Shown here in pieces: positions 13,160 through 27,218 of a DNA stretch of 64,000 bases. The notes beneath the pieces were generated by a model. It was not told the origin of the DNA. It ran no database searches and saw only the letters and a list, made by a program, of their open reading frames with translations. How positions within the stretch are numbered: position 1 is the stretch's first letter; each line of letters begins with the position of its first letter. A program made the position numbers and the translations under genes. The DNA comes from Kudoa neothunni (Eukaryota; Animalia; Cnidaria), in the NCBI GenBank assembly GCA_964304625.1, contig OZ199839.1, positions 11,252,847 to 11,316,846 of the forward strand, in the 5' to 3' direction.

Positions 13160-13930
13160 TTTGAGGTCCATTGGACCCCAACGGATGTTTAAATCTATTT
13201 TAGAGAATCTTATATTAAATCAGTGAATTTAATGACAATTATTCTCCTACAAATATAAGTTCTATTAAAATATAAGTTCTATTAAAATATTGCAGAAAAT
13301 TTTAATTTATACATTCAGGTCACGAAATAATCAAAATACTTACACATTCCTCCTTTTGGGATCCAATGGACCCCACGTTTTTTTTCTACCAAATTGTTTT
13401 AAAGAAAAATAATTCAAAGCAATTTTGAGAATTAAATAAAATTTTATCCAGAGAAAGCAGAGATAAATTTAAAAAACTATGCATACGTTAAATACCGATC
13501 ATTGCCGAGGAGTGAAATGCTGCTATAAATGATTCTTAATGTAATATTTTGAGTGAAATTGAATCCGATATCAATAAATTTTATGATAACTTTTTATAAT
13601 TTTTGTATTAACGCGATCCGAATATTTCTGAAAATAAATTCTATTGAAATATCCACGAAGATAAACATGATGTTAATTGGTTTTCTGAGAAACTTCAACT
13701 AACTAAAAGCTCCAAACGAAATATTTTTCAAAACCTCAACGTTCACCTTCCGACACTTCAAACAGAATAAACCCCCTAGCGGATACATTCCTCATATTTT
13801 ATGGCTATTCTTTTTCTCAGTTGTTTTTTTTTCAAATACTAACAAGTTTGACAATTATAATTATCAGAATTATTTGAAGACTTGGGAAACCAACAGTTTT
13901 TGGATTATATTGGAATCATTGTATATATAT
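13160..13930 (+). mobile_element. Truncated piggyBac-like remnant
   Basis: Two copies of the palindromic gg(g/a)tcca(t/a)tggacccc subterminal motif (about 13163-13180 and 13358-13374), like that at 62343, followed by decayed sequence resembling a transposase N-terminus. Confidence 0.45.
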
Positions 13931-15189
13931 ATATATATTAATTTTCAGATCTAAATTACAATCACTCAAATTTCTTTGTCGCGAGTGATGCTGTCATTGT
14001 TCAAGATCTCGAGATAGAGAAGCGAGGGCTTTTTTTATGTTGGTAGAATCAGTTGTAATAAAAGCAATTTAAAAGGTTTTTCGTGGTATATTGTAACATA
14101 AAAAACTAAAATAATATAAATATCTCGCATTTTATCTATTTTTAAATAATATGTATTATGGGTTTTGTTGGGCGTGATAATTAAGAAATTAATCATAAAG
14201 GAAACAAATTTTAAGACTTTTTTAATGTAGAATGACATATATTTTAATGAAAACCAATTAAATTATAAAATAAGGTTAAAATTGTTAAATTAGATGTCTA
14301 ATTTAACCTTTTACATGTTTCGGCAAGCCTCGTTAATAACCGGCGATGTTATAATTGTGACATTCTTCAATATTTTATCGATAGTTTTCTCTCATAATTT
14401 AGTAAATTACTTATTACATTTTTTCCATAATTCACCATAAAAAAATGTGAGATCTATTGCACCTCAAAATAAGAAATGTATAAAGTGGATTAGTAGGCGC
14501 TCGAAAGTTAATTCATATAATTTTTTCAACTATTCAAAACATATTTATTAGTTCTTGAAATTTTGAGAGATTATGAAGTACTCTTAAATTTTCTCGAGTC
14601 AGAAGTCACAATTAAATTATTAGGAATTAGTTCATGTAATAGCTGTTTATTATCTTAAGTTAATTTATTTTCAATTTAAATTTTCTTGTTGAAATATAAT
14701 TGTAAATATTACCTAAAAACTTGATCATTTTTAATAATTTTATTCATTTTAAAAGATTAAAAGATGCTTTTATTGGTTGGTTTTAGACTTAATGAAGGAT
14801 GAAGGATGTATTGATAAATTTTTCCGTCAAAATTACAAACTTAAAACGTTCAACTCCAAAAAATTTTATTATACTTTTATCGTTCAATAATAATTTAACA
14901 TTGACAATATTAATAATGGAGAAATAATCAAATAAAGTGTCATAATTTTGATAGATAATAGAAAATTATTTTATATTTATAAATTTGGCTAATTACTAAA
15001 AACGTTACTTTTCAGAAATAATTCAAGCCCTGAATTACAAACGATATCTAGCGTTTTATCTTCCCCTAAAAATGAAATTGAATTTCAATGAATTGAGTTG
15101 AATTAAAATTAATTTTATTGCAACTTATGAGTGTAATTTGTGAAAATAAAATTTCTAAAGATATCAATATCAAATTTATTCTGAAACAA

Positions 15190-15202
15190 GCGTGCGTGCG
15201 CA
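15190..15202. promoter_or_regulatory. NRF1-like GC motif upstream of the TUBGCP6 ATG
   Basis: gcgtgcgtgcgca ends 9 nt before the ATG in otherwise AT-rich DNA. Confidence 0.45.
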
Positions 15203-15211
15203 AACAAAACT

Positions 15212-18200
15212 ATGTGGAAATTAGAACGTTTGTTTGAGTTTAATTTCACGCCTAATAACGCCCAAAAAGGGCATAATAAAATTTCTGAAGACAAACTTTT
15301 GAATCATGGCGAATTTCTTGTTAGATTGGCAAAAGAACGGAATAACCAACCATTAAACAGCGAAATCTCTCAACCATATAATTCTAACCTAATCGGCACT
15401 AACATTTTTAGTTGTATAAATACAGAAAAAAATATTTCAGATATTTCAAAAAATGTATTTAATTATCTGTTTACATAAAAACCATTTGAATATTCTAGAT
15501 GTGGAATCAAACCGAATTTGACATTGAAGATTCAATCAGGCTGAGAATTGATCAGCTTTATGATATGAAGACAAACATTGATTTTCAAACGGAGGCACAT
15601 CCAAAAGATTCTGGTGCATTATTGTTGGCAATATCAAATTGTTTAGTAGGAATATCCTCTTCGTATTTCTCGTACGATAAAGTAACCTGGTGATATTAAG
15701 TTATGGATTATTTCATTATTTGGTTGTTTTTTTAGAAAACAAATAATATGGTAATACAAAATTCCGGCGATAGCGTCAAAAGTCAAATATTCGATTTATT
15801 TGTTAATTGTGGAACCAATTATGTTCGTTTAAGAAATGTTACGGCCAACAAACTCCTGGTTGTTATGTATCATAGCAACTATCCAACAATTCACAATTTT
15901 TACTATTTTATAAATGTGTACCTTCAATGGTATCAGGAGTTTTTCGAACAATACATAAATCAAAGTAGATTTTTTGTTTGTTGGCTCATAGAAATTAATC
16001 CATCTGATTTTTATTTTAATATGAACAGAATCTAAATAAATCAACTGATTTTATAAAAATTAAAATGGAAATAAAATTTATTTTAATTTTTTTATACGCG
16101 TGAATAAAAGTTGACTATTGTTTATGTACTTGGGATTAAATTTCCACTGGCCAACAGGAACTCTCATCTTAAAAGCTTCAAATCATAATTAACATAATAT
16201 GGCGAATTTTTAGAGGTGAAATCCAGCTGGACTTTATTAATGCTGTACCATTCGATAAAAAAAGCATTACAAGAATTTTTGTATGATTCTGTTGTAATAT
16301 TTGAGTTACTTTCATTCGCATATATTTTTTTAATAACTATTAAAGTTAATTTTTTTATTTTTAATGTAATCTTATGTGTATGGATATTAATATTATGAAA
16401 ATGAAAGTGGCTGTTTCTTATAATAATTATATTTCTGTGATTGGATAAATATGAATAGATATATAACGGAAAAATTGCTTGAGATCGATTTACAGCTGTC
16501 CCAGTTTGAAGATGCAAAACAAATATGCTCAATAATTATAGACCGTTTGGATATCATTAATTGTGCGAATGAGTTTGGATTTGAGTCGTCATATTTGTTT
16601 TCTGTACTCTACAGATTTGTTATCCAACCCACTTACAAGTCAGCGATTTAGTAATAATAAAAATAACAATTATCTACCTTCATTGTAGACAAATATATCT
16701 ATGGATTAAAAAAGGTAAACTTCAATACAATATCAAAGATTTTTTTATTGTCTCCGTGGAGAACACAAGTGACACGTCTAAAGAGTGTTGTTGGAATAGT
16801 TTATTTTCCATTGATCGTTGTTGTTTGCCAAAATGTTTCCAAGCACTTGCCACCGACATATTGGAATGTGGGAAATGGGTGTATTTTTTGGAGAAAAGTT
16901 TTTCTCAAACAGATTTGGATCACATTTTCAAATGTGTACCCCCACAGTCTGATTCTTTTAAAACAAAATATTCGTTTGAGTCAATATCAACTGGTTCCAA
17001 CCCATCAAAATCTTGTTTTCAAAGTATTAACAGCGCCATATTCGATTTGGATCCCAGCTGTGAAACATCTCTAGCCCACTTATCGAGAAGGTATCACAAT
17101 AGGATATATATCTATATTTTATACATTCTACAACCATCTTCCAATATACTCATTTAATTAAATATTTTTTTATCTGTAGAGTTTCTACACTGTTGAGTTA
17201 CTATGTGAAAGTGCTTCTCGATAGACTTAACATCCGCAGTTATTTGGAAATATTCGGTCGACTTTGTTTGATGTGTGATAGTGTTGATTTTGAGAAGCTC
17301 TTCAAAGAAAATATTCAATATATATTTGATTACGACTATTTGTTTAATGAGATTAAAATTTTCTACAAAGTGTTCGATGAACAGACTGCTAATGAACATC
17401 GTTCCTTACTTGAAAATAACAAAAAACTAATGATTAAACGTAGAACACTTGAAATAAAATTTAAGGTATTTTTATTAAAATAAATTTCAATGTTAAAATA
17501 GTCGCTTTTACGTTATTTATTGTTTCATTAAATATTTTGTTTATATAAAAAAATTATATATTAAAGTTAATTTAATTTATGTTGCGATTATACGATGATC
17601 TATCTATACTGAATGATTGTTTCCAATAAAAATAATTCTCTGTCTAGATTCCCAGTCTCTCCCAGACCGTTTTATCAGAAAACATTCTCGACAAATATCA
17701 ACAAATTTTCCATCTTATTTCTAGAATTAATATGACCGTCTTTGAAATCAACCTCATCTATAAAACCACATTTTCCTTGGTTGATAAACTGAATCCATTT
17801 CATAGAAAACTATTTTTTGTACTAACCAAATATTGGAATTTTATGCAGAATTTCTCTGAAATTCTTATCAAACAATATTACAACACCGATGCGCTGGTGA
17901 ATTCATTTTACAATGTATAGGAATTTTTATTTGTGCGTGTTGAATTAAAAATTTTAGTGCAAATCTACAGGAGATATTGAAAAAATTTTTGAGGATTTTA
18001 TGGACAGTCTTTGTGAAAAGTAACTACGTTGAAACTGTTATTAATGTTTTATTACCATTTAGACTTTTCGTCACATTCCATCATGACTCCACTCTGTACA
18101 GCTTATATTCGTGTGTTGTTGATACAGCCGCCATCTCGGAATGTCTTATCAATAAAATATTCAATAAGAATCCCTTAGTTTCCGCAGTTTTCGCTGGCAC

Positions 18201-18390
18201 CGTGCACCGCTTTTCGGAGAGGAATTCCGAACAAGACGACGTTTTTACTACCGACATTGATCCTCGAGAAAATAACATTCGCGATCTTATTCTACTATAC
18301 AACTCCTCGATTCAAGAGTGCCACAAAAGTAATAATGATTTCGAGCAATTTATCCAATTTTGCTATAGCTATCTCTCAATTTCCCCATAG
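15212..18390 (+). CDS. TUBGCP6: Gamma-tubulin complex component (Spc97/Spc98 family), most similar to GCP6
   Basis: Multi-exon. GCP motifs LLAISNCLVGISSSYF, NCGTNYVRL, YLQWYQ, WIKKGKLQYNIKDFFI, CLPKCFQALATDILECGK (GCP6-like CVP.FL..IA.DI..CGK), LNIRSYLEIFGRLCLM, LDKYQQIFHLI. Family assignment is strong; paralog assignment is from recalled motifs. Confidence 0.75.
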
Positions 18391-19079
18391 TGATAGCCAA
18401 CAATATCTCCTACTTCTTCTCGACGAATATCATAATACATTTTGTTCTTTTGTTTTCTAATGTGTTTATTTGGAATTATTTTTTGTTTCGCGTACTTTGT
18501 AAGACAAATTTTCATTTGAAATTAGTTGGTGGATCTCAGCACAAAACACGATTTAACGTACCACCTGATCGATTTAATTTTTTCCCCATTGTTGAGAAAC
18601 CAAAAATTTGAATGAGATATGGATTTTTAGCACGGTGTAATTATGTTACACCAAGATTTTATTCATAGGATAAAACTTCGAGAATAGCTTGATAGGCTAG
18701 AGAGTTTTAGGTGATCAAATTAGACCCATATACCCCGCTTTAGATACCAGAGAGACCCAGTCACATGTAACCTATAGCTTTATCTTATTGACGTAGCGTT
18801 GGAATTCAACCTACTAAAAATAATTGAACTATAGGTAAATACCAAATTAATACTTAATAATCCGTTTAAGTTAACTTTAATGAATTTGTCTGTGCGAAGA
18901 CTACAGGGTTTTTATTACTCAATCCATTCTTATGATTAAATATTAAAAAGTGTATTCTTTCTCTCGTTATGGGACAAAAAACTTAAATAGAAAATATATC
19001 ACGCAAAATATTTTAATTGCATTTTAAACACGGTTTCCACTAAAAAATGAGGACATCCAACATAGACTAAGCTAAGCAG

Positions 19080-19145
19080 TTTTGCCTGGACCGGTGTTCG
19101 AACTCGCGCCCTCCCAATTTTTCAGGCCAATCGCCAGACACCTGT
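19080..19145 (-). other. tRNA-like fragment (possible SINE head or tRNA pseudogene)
   Basis: Minus strand gggagggcgcgaGTTCGAacaccggtccaggca contains a B-box/T-loop-like motif in a GC-rich island. No complete cloverleaf can be folded by eye. Confidence 0.3.
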
Positions 19146-20957
19146 AAAAAAATTAATCGAAATCGCCTCAATAATACCAATTCTATAAATGAGCTTCTAA
19201 ATAATTTAACACTTTATTATAATGTGTAGTCGGTTTTTCTGAAATCCCCTCAGAAACCAGGAAAAATGGCGAAAATTAATTAGTCGGCCACATGATCGCA
19301 CATGGTGGAATTTGGATGTTGATCATTTTATTTAGATCAAAAAGTTCCAGTAAATATTATAACGGAAGTTGGAATCAGGTTATTTAAAAAGAACTATAAT
19401 CTAATAATTTAGAGTAGTATTATTTTTATCAATATACTGAAATAAGATTTTCTTATAATACATTTAACGATTCATATTTTTATTCTCTTAACTACGTAAA
19501 AATGATAAACTATAGTATATAGTTTATATAATCAATAATGGTTACGACAAAAATTACTTTCGCTATCGATTTTTTACCATTTTTGAGTATCATTTATTTT
19601 TAATGTCTATTGAGTTTGAAGTCATATTGAAATTTGTTTCTTTTATACAGAATTATTTCAAACTACTAAAAAATTAAGATTGAGCACTTTATTTTTATTA
19701 TATAACAATTGTTGAAGTATTAAATTTGACATTCCTCCAAAATCTCGGCGTATTATTATTATTATATGGAGACTTTTATTTTTAAATAATAAATAGAAAT
19801 TAAATTGTTTACAACGATTCTCTATTTTTTTACAAAAAATGATTCGAAATTAATTTATTAAAAATTTAATTATGAATATATATGGAAATCATATCTTTTT
19901 GTAAATCTAAATACAATTCGCATTCATAAATTTGTTAAAATCTATTTCTTTACATGTTTTTCTTTATATATTAGATGTGTTCATAATAAACGGTAAGAGT
20001 TGGCTTTGTACATAAATCAAAAAATTATTATGATGACCTATCATTTGGAAGCTTTTGCTATTTTAATTCATTTTAGGGTACAATTTAATCCAATATATTC
20101 CGTAAATTATATAAAAAATACGAAATAATTTTGTATCGATATTGAATATAATTTTTGGCCAAATACAAAAATTTTGAACGGTAATTAAAAAAGAATTTTT
20201 ATTATATTTGTTATAACTACTACAAATTGATAATGCTGATATTATGGGTGCTACTGAAATAATATTTTTAAAAAAATGTGATTTAAATTTTTTAAATAAA
20301 ACGTGAGTCCTGTTATAAATATACCATTGTGAGCAAATATGTATTTGTTAAATTGAAGATATATACAAACTACGTGATCGGGTGGTCATATAAAATAAAA
20401 TCTGATCAACAACAATCAATTTGAATTAATTAAATTATTCTCTCTATCCGTTAAGTAAATCAAATAAAATCAATATTTCTTCAATTATAATAACAAAGAA
20501 TATTCATTTTAAAATTTATCAACAGTCTATTATATAATGTAATAACTTGATGAAATAATTGTCATTAAACTATTTGTAAATTAAAAAAATAATACATAAA
20601 TTAAAAAATTATAATTTATAACATTTTATTGTTAAAAGATTTATACGCTATATAAATATCGAAATATTGCTAACGTTTTTTATGTCTGCGCCATCTATAA
20701 ACTATATGGAACAGAATGTATATTTATTCTCTTTTAATTACTCAAAAGAGTGCATTATTTGTGACCTTCCAATACGATGTTGCTTTGTAAATAATGGTTC
20801 ACGTAAACAAGACATTTATTAAAGGAGTCGTTAAAATTGTATTTTTAAATTGGCGTAAGGTTATAGCAATTTCATTCTTCTAAAATTACAAATATTTTTC
20901 TTAATGGTTAAAGGTCATAATACTGAATTGTTAAACATGATTAAACAATTCGTTTAA

Positions 20958-21842
20958 CCCTCTAAACTAGCGAAAAATTCCATCCTATAACGTGCTTGGG
21001 GTGAAAAACACCTCAAGTTTTTTTTTGCTTAAATTTACTCAAAAAATAAATTTGAATTTACTTGAGAATTTTTGGTAGATTCCATCGATAGAATTTGGAG
21101 TATATTTACATCTCTTAAAAAACTTAATCTGGTTCGGCTCAATCATCGTGGGTTAATTTCAACGAATAATAAGACTTTGCGTTAAGTAGTGTAAAAAACA
21201 AATTATCTAACTCATCATTAAGAGGGGAGTATCGTCAAAAGATTCACTCAAAGCGCTCATATTAATTCACCTACTGAAATGGCCAAACTGGTCCAAGCTT
21301 CTTGCTCAAATAATCCCATTTTTCTACATAACCCAAATTGGCGCATAATTAAAAAACAATCTCCGAGGACGTAGTATTCAACATTATAATTCAAAAATAA
21401 GCTTTTTTAGTTATTAAAACCCAATATATTTGAAAAATCGATGTTTTTCCATCCATCTGATAGGAGAACCTCAAAATTATGCCAACGGAAACTTCCGAGA
21501 GATCGACGAAGAATGCCGCATTGGATTAGGTGGGATATTAATTGCAGATTTTCTTGGAAATTTGTCAATGGAATTTTACAGGAATTTCTCAATTAATTAT
21601 TTATAATTTTTCAAGTTAATATAATCAAAAAAAACTTGGGGTGTTTTTCATCCCAAATCCGTCAGAGGATGGAATTTTTTTTGGTTGACCTGAACTTATA
21701 TTTTAGCCAAGTTTTTGATATGTGGTACGTTTAAAAAACAAAGGATAATAACGTAAGTATCAATTTTTTATGAGAAAGTTGAACAATTTTATGCCCACAT
21801 TAAATGTGGTTTGGCGTAACATGCCCCAAATCCGTTAGAGCG
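20958..21842. mobile_element. Non-autonomous piggyBac element
   Basis: TTAA|CCCTCTAA ... TTAGAGCG|TTAA, plus subterminal inverted repeats (about 20974-21028 versus 21628-21680). Confidence 0.85.
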
Positions 21843-22482
21843 TTAATCTGGGGACTGATTCCATCGATAACCATTACAATATATATATATATAACTAAAT
21901 AAAATTCAATCTAAAAATGAAATCAAGTAAATATGGTGTTTTTGGACGTATATAATGAAAATGTGTGTTTTCTAGTTCAATTAGTGTAATTTTTAAACAA
22001 TTTTATTGATGGCATAATATTCTTTATTAAAATTGACCCGGTGAAATATGTTATAAATACGATGACACTAAAGAAAGTCCTCTCAGAAATACAACTATCG
22101 TTTTACTTTAAAATGAAACTGGTTTCTACCCAATGATGGATAGGCTATCTAGAATTATATAGGGGCAATACACACTTATAACAATTATTTAAAAAATAAT
22201 TATTTATTAACATATTTAAAGAATAATAATTAAATTTTCGTTACCACAAGTACGTAATTAAGTTGATATTGCGCAGTTATTATGTAAGTGTATTGAGTCC
22301 TCTTCCGCCATTCCCCCCTAAAAGTGCACAATAACCATTGCTGACTTTACGCATAAATAAAATCCTGAACTTTTTGATTTAAATTACATCTACAATTTAA
22401 AATGTAAATTCTATCAGTGGTTTCTAAAAATAATGTAAATACGGGTGAAAAATAAATAAGAACCACACATGGCTTTTGCTCA

Positions 22483-22495
22483 TACGCACGCGCAT
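22483..22495. promoter_or_regulatory. NRF1-like GC motif upstream of the GTF2H3 ATG
   Basis: tacgcacgcgcat ends 13 nt before the ATG. Confidence 0.45.
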
Positions 22496-22508
22496 CACAT
22501 AGTTGTAA

Positions 22509-23754
22509 ATGGCCCCTTTGACTTTAGCTATTGATTGTACCGCGTTCTACTGGTGCAATTATAATAAAAATAAATCAGTTAAATTTAAAACTACATATTT
22601 ATCGTATATGCCAATTTTTAGAATGTTTTAAATGAACTAATCAGGGATGTGATATCATTTATCAAAATGTATCAACTTAAGGACGATTCTAATCATGTTT
22701 CTATTTTGTTATACGATTGTGCCAAAAATAAACAGTATTATTATGATTATTACTGGATAAATAATATGAGGACGACTGATTCAAATATCTCTAATTAGAG
22801 AATATGTGTATTCTTCGTGTTCAGAAGGTAACCCAATAGTTGCCAAAGAAATTTCAATAAAGATTATCGATAAAATTATCGCTTTCGTCAAAGAGAATAC
22901 TAAAAAAATAGCTGAAAATTTGAAACCCTTAAATCTATCTCTCGTCCTTTCAATGTGTCTTCTCCGTAGGGTTTTTATTGTACGTTTGTATTAATAATGT
23001 TAATGAAGATAATAATCGATGGAATCCCAAACTTCTGCCATCCAAAATTTCGGTTTATTATCACATATATTAGTCTATTTATCATTTTATCTGTTTAGCT
23101 GATAAAGATCACACCAGATGTCCCTCACCATTTCAGTCATGTTATCTCTTGTGCAATGGTAGCGAAAAATCATGTATGAAAATAAATTGAAAATACCGTT
23201 TATCGAATAATTGGATTATATGCGATAATACTTTAATTCTAGAATTGTGTAATTGACTCTATTTGTCTAATGCATGAATCCGACCAGTTGACACAAGCAA
23301 TTAATTTAAGAAAATTTCGTACATATTTTTAATATGAGTTTAGGTTTGTAATCTAACTGGCGGTAAAATTGCGAACAATTTTAATATGGAACATGAGTTG
23401 AGTGTTTTCTCTTGGCTATCTGTAATTTTTTAATGTTATATTGCAAGCTAAATAATAACAGAGTAACATTGTGTTCAATACCGAAAAAAAATTGTTTGGC
23501 AGCTTGGAAGATTGTGATTCAATGGAAAAGTCCTCGAATAATATTAAAACCTCTTGTATCTGTCATAGAACAGCTGTTGATGTGGGTTTTGTTTGTAGCT
23601 CGTGTCTATCAAGTACATTTATACCAATACTTTTTCATCTCACTTCTTTTTAGTTTACTGTCAAAATGTTGATCAATGTCTCCATTGCAAGTTTATATAC
23701 TATATATTTGAGAATTTCGTTTTTATAATATTTAGATCAAAATTTGCTCCATAA
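22509..23754 (+). CDS. GTF2H3: TFIIH subunit p34/Tfb4
   Basis: Spliced product MAPLTLAIDCTAFYW...LSLVLSMCLL...NCVIDSICL...LTQ|VCNLTGG...KTSCICHRTAVDVGFVCSSCLS|IYCQNVDQCLHC|KSKFAP*: a vWA-like domain plus the C-terminal zinc finger typical of Tfb4. One GC-AG intron at 23297-23343. Confidence 0.92.
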
Positions 23755-24322
23755 TTCAGTTAAATCTGATTTCCATCTATTACAAATCTAGAATTTTTGT
23801 ATATTTGTCCAAAAAATATTTATATTGATTTGCATGCGTGTATTTTTATGTTGATTCACTATTCATATCAGAGTCTGAACGACTTTTCTTCTGGTTTATT
23901 ACAGAGCTGTTGCGTGAATATTTTAAATAATTATGGAAGTTTATACCAATATTTTCTTTATATGCGCAAATATTAACTCTTTTTTTCTCTGGTCATTAAT
24001 ACGCGAATTTTTATTTTATCCTAATTAATAATGACTTAGATAGGACTATAATCCTGAAGTGTAGCGTAGAAAATTGCGTTAACGGTCTATATACCATTAA
24101 TTTGAATAAAGAAATCAAAACTTTGACCGTTATTGGGTTAACGTTAGCTTTTTAATGCAAAAAATTATTCTCATGAAAATAATATAAAAATGTGACGTTT
24201 TTACAATTTCCATGAAATTTCAGATATAGCCGGTTAAATTTGATTTATTTCCAGGTGGCTTAATAATTAGACCCAACGAGCCTTTTCCTTTGTGGTTTAT
24301 TAACTGTTTATGATTTTTTATA

Positions 24323-25042
24323 CAATAGATAACCGATATTACGAACATTCTTCGATGCGATGTATTCAAAGTTTTTAGTAGGTAAAACGTTTTATAATAT
24401 TTTTTTAATTTTAATTTAACTGGGAAATTATCAATCGGTTATGTCACGTGACCAACATATATTACGTTATTTTTCGACCAACCACGTAGATTTTATTTTT
24501 TCACGTTGAACTGAAGGAAAAATTTTAATTCAGACGGTTGAATTTTGTAATTAACAGAAAATGTTGTTTGAGATATTTATTAAAAATGATTATTTCCGTG
24601 TAAATGAAAATAGAATAACTTTTATTTCTAGACAATTTTAATTGCTAATTAAAGAATGTTATAGATGCATATAAATTAAAATTTTAGGACCAAAATATAA
24701 AAAACTTTTTTCATACTGTGTTAAAAAATAAATACGAAATAAAATAGTATTTATAATTTTCATGAACTGATCATTCATAAAATTTTATCCCAACGCAAAA
24801 GAATATCAATATTATATCAATAAATATAATTAAAACAAAAATTAAAATTTTTGTTCAGCCAAATAACCTTAATTATTATTTTTGGTATTTTATTTTAATA
24901 AAAGATGTAATGCCATGTTTTAAAAATAAAAAAAACCAAATAATTTCACACTCATTTTAGCACATATTATCGGTTTCAACGTGTTATACACACTTTTTGG
25001 ATGGTCCCTGAGGGGATTACGCGTAGTATCGGTTTCCTACTG
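24323..25042 (-). mobile_element. pogo/Tigger-type MITE family 1, complete copy
   Basis: TA|CAATAGATAACCGATATTAC ... GTAGTATCGGTTTCCTACTG|TA: imperfect TIRs with TA TSD. Homologous to 4551-5210. Confidence 0.8.
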
Positions 25043-25339
25043 TATGACGAAATTCCGAAAAATTATTTTTTGGATATATTTGAATTAGAAATTTAATAAA
25101 TTATTTATCAATGTTAAACTGTCTATTATTTTCTTCGATTCAAACATAGTTGTGCTTCGATACTGCGTAATTTAACTTAATTAGCATCATGTGCTTAATT
25201 CACTGAATAAAAACATATAAATCATATTCAGTATGCTTAAATAGATAATTATACAAAAAACCTGAACAAGCGGATATAAATCACATTTGGAAAAACCTAA
25301 GGTCTCGCCATTGCATAATTCATTTTTGAATTTAAACTG

Positions 25340-26480
25340 TTTAATCGGATGGATGCCGCTACAAAAAAGGCATTGTAAATTCTCAAATAACTAATGAAAA
25401 TATACAAAAAAATAACTGATTACTATAATTTTTTAAGTTTGTACGCGGTGTTAATGAAATTACCCGTAAAACATTTTGGTTTAACAAATTATATTAACCT
25501 CAATATTGTTCGATAATTTAAAATAGGTTATTTAAATCTTTATTGAGATTTTTCTAAACAAGACGAAACCATAGATTCAAACACTATGAAATCACGAAAA
25601 ATATTGACACCCGGAATATATAGATATTAAAATAATCTTTACAATTGGACAGTATCAAATGGGATAAAAAAACTATTATCTAGTTTTTTTAATAATCGAA
25701 AAATCTTGTGTTACCGCCAAATATATTTGAACAACAGATTTTAATGGAATCGAGGGTTAGTTTAATAATTGCAGAAGGTATTATGGTCTGAAAAACTCAA
25801 ATCGCACAGATAAGAAGAACGCTGATTTTAAATATATTTATTTGTGGATGGGAAATTTTCCCGAGATTTTTTCAAGATACAATCCGGAATACTTATTAAA
25901 TTCGGATGAGGCGGCTCATTTTTATGAACAGTTGATAGAACGTACGTTCACTATTAACAAATTAGCACAATGTAAGAGTGCAAAACAATTCAAAAGCGTG
26001 CTACGATGTTTATCACTGCATCAGTGACCGCATAAAAATTTCATTTAAACGAAATTTTAATAGAATTAGTTGTTTTTTGGGGGAATTAAAGAACTTTCAG
26101 TTTAATGTCATTCGCAAATGAATGGGTGATTATCTTTATCGATATTTTACCAGATCCAATAAGATATGAACTAGAGGTTCATTAAAGAAAACAGAAAGTT
26201 TTTAATTTTATTAGAACAGTGCTCATACCGTACTTAATTGATCGACTATTTCGAAAACATCCAGCTCCTATTTCTATCAAAAACACTGCTTGTGTGATGC
26301 GACCAATTGATCTGGGAATAATTTATCGCTTAAAGGGTAATTAGAGAAAAATATTATGCTTAAATATGCTATTCGGAGAGGAGGACCTAGAAATATTTAA
26401 ATATGACGTTTTTGATTACTTTGATAAGATAAAATTGGCTCGGCTAATAGTTACGGTTCAAAAATTAGTAATTGAGTTAA
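25340..26480 (+). pseudogene. Decayed pogo/Tigger (DDE_1) transposase
   Basis: GWM...KRH (CENP-B HTH end), YNPEYLLNSDEAAHFYEQLIERT (NxDETGLFY-like), ENIQLLFL and NTACVMRPIDLGII (QPxDxGII-like), interrupted by stops and frameshifts. A possible terminus gactg|ta lies near 27058-27064. Confidence 0.8.
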
Positions 26481-27181
26481 TAAATCACCTATTTTCAAAC
26501 AAAAATAATAGATTTTTTTCTCATTTTTATTGAAAGGTTAAGAAGGTAAAGCTTTAACGTAATTTAGTAATGTAGTGATGTAATTAAGTTATAAAGTAAC
26601 TAACAGACAAACTTTAATATTTATATGTGTAGCTAACAATGTTAATGATATTATTTTGTTGTAGGAAAATAAAATTATTATACATGTAATTGTAAATGAA
26701 AATTAAAATTAGAATGATCAGGGTAGATTTATTTGTTGTAATGAAGATCATGGTCTCAAACAGAACAATGAAATCGTTACAACGTTTCCAGCAAAAATCT
26801 TATAAATCAGCAAACAAAACTTATGTTATTGAGAATCCCACTGAATTATTTTCTATCCATCAAGTTAAGAATGACTTAAGCGAAATATGTCTACATTGAT
26901 AATTCGCTTTTAATTTATGAAATTAATTATTTTATGCTTTAAAATAATGACCATCATATTTAAAAATTTTATTTTTTATCTTCGGATATAAGGAGTTTAT
27001 TTTTTAAACTCATAAATCCATAAAGGTTCTTATTATTACAAGGGGGGATTCGAAGAAGACTGTATAATGGCTCCAAAACCTAGGAACTACTGATATAAGT
27101 TTTTTCGTGTTTATAATAAATTTATCTTTTAGAAAGTTAAAAAAATATAATAACATGAATTAATTTTAAATTTCGCAGGAA

Positions 27182-27193
27182 ATGCGTGCGCAT
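27182..27193. promoter_or_regulatory. NRF1-like GC motif upstream of the 27219 ORF
   Basis: atgcgtgcgcat ends 25 nt before the ATG. Confidence 0.4.
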
Positions 27194-27218
27194 ATAACAC
27201 ACCCGAACAGTTATCGAC

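Noticed and set aside
14284-14308. Perfect 11-bp hairpin gttaaattaga-tg-tctaatttaac
   Set aside because: AT-rich, isolated, and without context indicating function.
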